From assembly GCA_001275005.1 (NCBI GenBank), contig JWZX01002488.1:1-34290 (forward strand): a stretch of DNA of 34,290 nucleotides, written 5' to 3'. This document shows, piece by piece, positions 30,801 to 34,290 of this stretch. Position 1 is the first letter of the stretch. Each line of letters begins with the position of its first letter. Below the pieces are notes generated by a model. It did no database searches. It was not told where the DNA came from and saw nothing but the letters and a program-made list of their open reading frames with translations. The DNA comes from Chrysochromulina tobinii. Its lineage: Eukaryota. The position numbers were made by a program, and so were the translations under genes.

Positions 30801-32798
30801 ATGGCCAAGAAGGATAAGAAGAAGGCCGCGGCGGACGATGAAAACCCAGAAAACCTTCCGTCCCAGCCGAACAATACACTCTTTGGCAAGCAAACGAGCG
30901 CCACAACAAAACGTGCCTCGGATGAGGATGCTGCTGCACACACGGATGCAGCAAAGCCTGCTAAACGGAAGCTCGCACCCGTCTCAAAGGAGGACCCAGC
31001 GCTGGCTTTGCTGCGTGAGGCCAAACGGGCCAAACGGTCCGACAACGGGAGTGCGTCCGACAGGTCGCCGTCGAAGCCCGCACCAGGCGGCGGCCAGAAG
31101 GCGGTGCGTGCACATGCCGATGCGGTCGAGCAGGGCAATAAGCTGTGGGAGCGGCTGCGTAGCGAGAAGACGGCGGCATCGGATCGCGAAGCGCTGGTGA
31201 GCGAGGTGCTCGCGCTCTTCCACGGCAACGTGCTCGCGGTGCTGCAAAAGCACGACGCCGCGCGCGTGCTGCAGTCGTGCTATCGGCAGGGCACTGCCGA
31301 GCAGCGCGACACGCTGCTCGCGGAGGTCAAGGGGGAGGCCAAGGAGCTGGCGCGCTCGCACTACGGCCACTTTTTGCTGCTCACGGTGCTGCGGCACGGC
31401 ACGAGCGCGCACAGGCAGCAGCTCCTCGCCGAGCTCACACCGCACGCCGCCGACCTGATGGTGCATGCGGAGGGCTCGGCCGTGCTGCAACTGCTGTACA
31501 GCGACGTCGCGAGCGGCGAGCAGAAGAATGGGCTCTTCCGCGCGCTCTGGGCCAAGGAGGTGGCGATGCTGGGCGCGAGCGCTTCGTCGCAGTTTGGTAG
31601 CCTCGAGCAGCTCTTCGAGCTCGACCCTCTCTGCAAGGGCCGCGTGCTGCGACGTCTCGAGATCTTATTGTCCAAGGCCGCTCGCAAGGGCCTCGCGGTG
31701 ACGAGCCTCGTACAGCGTGGCGCGGCGGAGATGCTCGCCCACGGCGACGACGCGCAGCGGCAGGAGCTGGTGAACACCTTCAAGGAGCAGGCCGTGCACA
31801 TCATGCACACGCGCGACGGCGCGCGCATCGCGTGCGGCTGCCTGCGCCACGGCGACGCTAAGGACCGCAAGGCACTTCTCAAAGCTCTCAAAGGGTACGT
31901 GGGCCGCGCGGCGTGCGACCCACACGGCGCGCTCGTGCTGTGCGTGGCGCTCGAGGCGGTGGATGATACGGTGCTGCTTGCCAAGGGTGTCCTCACTGAG
32001 CTCACTAGCAGCCTCGACACTCTCAGCCGCCACCCGCACGGCACGTTGCCGCTGCTGCAGCTCCTAGCCCCACGCGAGAAACGCCACTTTTCGCCCTTGC
32101 AGCTTAGCCTGATGGGTCCCCCCGAGTCCGCGATGTCAAAGAAGGCGCCCGAGGTGCGCCGTTCGGAGCTCCTACCCACACTGCTCCCGCCGCTGCTCCG
32201 CCTTTGCGCGAGCCAGCCCGCACAGCTCATCGCGTCGCCGCACGGCGCCGCGGTCGTGTATGAGACTCTGCGGCTCGCGAGCGCCAGTGAGGAGGGCCTG
32301 ACACTCGACACGGCAGCTATGGCCGAGGCGCTCGCGACGGCGTTTACAGCACTGGCTGGCGTGGCGACGGAGCCCCCGCCCGCGGCCGATGCGGACGCGG
32401 ATGCGGAAATAGCCGCCGCCTTGGCGGCCGCTGCATCGACGCCGCTCGTGGCGCACCCGTATGGCGCGCGGCTATACAAACGGCTGGTGCAGGCCCACAG
32501 CGCCTTCGCGCAGGCCCTTGTGCCCGTGCTCGCGGGGAAGCTCGCGGACTGGGCGCTCGCGGGCGCTGGCTGGGTGGTGCTTGCACTCCTAGAGAGTCCT
32601 CCGACCTCCGACATGGTGCGCGAGGAGCTCGAGGGGCAGCAGGCGGCCCTAGCCGCGAGTGCCGCGCAGGGCTGCCGCGCTCTCAGCCAGGCGCTGCCAC
32701 CGCTCGTGCCCGGCAAGGGCAAGAAGAAGGCGCCCGCGCCGGCGAAGGAGGAGGCTCCGGCGGACACGGCTGGCGGAAAGAAGAAGAAGGTCAAGTGA
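30801..32798 (+). CDS. PUM3: Pumilio homolog 3 / Puf6 (60S biogenesis RNA-binding protein)
   Basis: KHDAARVLQSCY, ARSHYGHFLL, HAEGSAVL, HIMHTRDGARIA...GDAKDRKALLKALK, and CPL-like SKKAPEVRRSEL. Confidence 0.9.
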   Translation: MAKKDKKKAAADDENPENLPSQPNNTLFGKQTSATTKRASDEDAAAHTDAAKPAKRKLAPVSKEDPALALLREAKRAKRSDNGSASDRSPSKPAPGGGQKAVRAHADAVEQGNKLWERLRSEKTAASDREALVSEVLALFHGNVLAVLQKHDAARVLQSCYRQGTAEQRDTLLAEVKGEAKELARSHYGHFLLLTVLRHGTSAHRQQLLAELTPHAADLMVHAEGSAVLQLLYSDVASGEQKNGLFRALWAKEVAMLGASASSQFGSLEQLFELDPLCKGRVLRRLEILLSKAARKGLAVTSLVQRGAAEMLAHGDDAQRQELVNTFKEQAVHIMHTRDGARIACGCLRHGDAKDRKALLKALKGYVGRAACDPHGALVLCVALEAVDDTVLLAKGVLTELTSSLDTLSRHPHGTLPLLQLLAPREKRHFSPLQLSLMGPPESAMSKKAPEVRRSELLPTLLPPLLRLCASQPAQLIASPHGAAVVYETLRLASASEEGLTLDTAAMAEALATAFTALAGVATEPPPAADADADAEIAAALAAAASTPLVAHPYGARLYKRLVQAHSAFAQALVPVLAGKLADWALAGAGWVVLALLESPPTSDMVREELEGQQAALAASAAQGCRALSQALPPLVPGKGKKKAPAPAKEEAPADTAGGKKKKVK

Positions 32799-33598
32799 CG
32801 GCTGAAGGCGAGCACGGCGGAGCGAGAGGTCCGCGAGGAGGAAAGAGGCACAGCGGCCGCGAAGAGTCCACAGAGCTGCCTTTTAGTAGAGCCGGGAGCT
32901 TGTGCAGAGAGGCGGTTCGTCAAGGCGCTCGCGAGACAATCGCGGCAAATATGTGTGTTCCCCAGTGCCAGCACGCAGCAGCGCGCATCCGGTCCTGTCT
33001 CGGTGTCGTCTCGCGTTGCCGATCGGTCATGGGTAAAGCCGAGCAGGAGTCAAATGTTACAGTATACGATATTAAGCCTTTCATACACACGACATCGCGC
33101 GGCCGGTAAAGAGCTCGGTCGTACTATATTTTGGCGCACGAGCCCCACACGACCGCCGCGCAGAGATCCCCTAACACGAACACGGCACCGGCTCTCCACA
33201 CTCCGTCAGCGAGAGCGACACGACACACCATGGTTGCGCGGCGCCAGTGAGAGATAGCGGGCGGCAAATCGCACAAACATCGCACACAAAGACCACGTGC
33301 CCCACTGTCCAGCACGCGCGTCGTTGACGCCAACACCGGTCAGCATCACCGGCGCCGCACAACCTACCTGATGGGCTACGCCACATAGAGACGGGCGGCC
33401 GTCGGAGGCAAGCACCCGTCGCCGAAGCGCATCGCCCCCTCCACCCGGTGGCCACATAATGCATGCCATCATCATAGTCAATCGGGCGTCGTCAGCAAGG
33501 GCGCAGCCCCGCCACGCGCCGTCCTGAGCGCCGCCACCCCTCCTCCCATCTCCCGCCCATCGAGTTCCGCTCGGAGCTACCGATCGTACTCACCGTCC

Positions 33599-34290
33599 TC
33601 ATTCGGCGACGCCGCCTCCTGCGCCCACATCGGCGCCCACATCGGCGTACACCTGCGCCGTCGGGGTCATGAAGAGAGGCATCGCGCCGCCGCCCCCGCC
33701 CGCGTCACCGTCGTCGCCGGCGGCCTTCTGCGGCGTGAAGACCTTGTAAGCAGGCGCGGCGGGTTTTGGGCGCGCGGCGGGTGGCGGCATCTTGTCAGCG
33801 TCGCCCTGGGCACCCGCGTCGCCGCCCGTGTTGAAGGTGTCCACATAACGCGAGCGCGGCGTCGCGCGCGCGCGGCCGCCGCCTCCGCTGCTGTCGACGG
33901 CACGGAAGCGCGCCGGGCCGCCCTCGGCCCCGGGGCCGCCCGGCGTCTGCGGAGCGAAGCCGGCGCCGGCGCCGGCACCACCGCCGCCGCCGCCGCCGCC
34001 TGGTGGAGGCGGTGGGGCGGCAAGGTTGTCCTTGGCCCACTGCTCAGGATCAGCCGATTTGGGCATCCATGCCTTGTACTTGTCATTGTACACAAACTCC
34101 TCCGCGTCGGCTAGCTGCGTATCTGGCTTGGCGACGAGCTTGGAGACCGACTCAGTCAACTTGGAGAACATGCCGCCGAACATGCTGCTGCCCCCCCCTG
34201 ATGACGGCGTCTTCATCAGACCTGAGAGAGATGCTGTTGAGAAATCCTTCTCGGGTGCGGGCGCCGGCGCCGGCCACCTCGCGGGCGCGG
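33599..34290 (-). CDS. SEC16: C-terminal part of COPII scaffold Sec16 (continues beyond window)
   Basis: QLADAEEFVYNDKYKAW...PPPPP...RSRYVDTFN matches the Sec16 C-terminal LGEENxFYYDxxLKRW / RSRYVDTFN motifs. The frame is open to the window edge. Confidence 0.72.
   Translation of the reverse strand, partial: APARWPAPAPAPEKDFSTASLSGLMKTPSSGGGSSMFGGMFSKLTESVSKLVAKPDTQLADAEEFVYNDKYKAWMPKSADPEQWAKDNLAAPPPPPGGGGGGGGAGAGAGFAPQTPGGPGAEGGPARFRAVDSSGGGGRARATPRSRYVDTFNTGGDAGAQGDADKMPPPAARPKPAAPAYKVFTPQKAAGDDGDAGGGGGAMPLFMTPTAQVYADVGADVGAGGGVAE

Noticed and set aside
31361..32974. Long antisense ORFs (537 aa here; also 28247-29572, 12415-13368, 15051-15794, 23305-24102)
   Set aside because: Shadow ORFs of GC3-rich genes or repeats on the opposite strand, with no recognisable motifs.

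Overview
GC-rich, gene-dense eukaryotic nuclear DNA with GT-AG introns. It is probably from a haptophyte-like alga, an inference from gene style, SPPP-type repeats and gene content. Host genes: a secreted hypothetical protein, SDHAF4/Sdh8 (DUF1674), an EF-hand-like low-complexity protein, a SPRY-like coiled-coil protein, a Spinster-like MFS transporter, a U-box E3, a RING-H2 fragment, a TM-PAN/apple-DUF5695 putative glycosidase, a 3-exon RPL23A, a PYM/eIF2A-C-like coiled-coil protein, an atypical SF2 helicase resembling a giant-virus family, PUM3/Puf6 and the 3' end of SEC16. A repeat-rich accessory block at about 10.5-20.7 kb interrupts this. Its main content is a spliced gene of about 1570 aa that appears to fuse a Josephin-fold deubiquitinase (intact Cys-His-Asp) to a Ulp1/SENP SUMO protease. 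This is the best candidate for an undescribed system. The gene also carries a perfect 140-bp tandem duplication read in two different frames, sits behind long inverted repeats, lies between two E3-ligase genes, and may be transposon cargo. No rRNA, tRNA or CRISPR was seen. All family assignments come from motif recognition by eye, not database searches.
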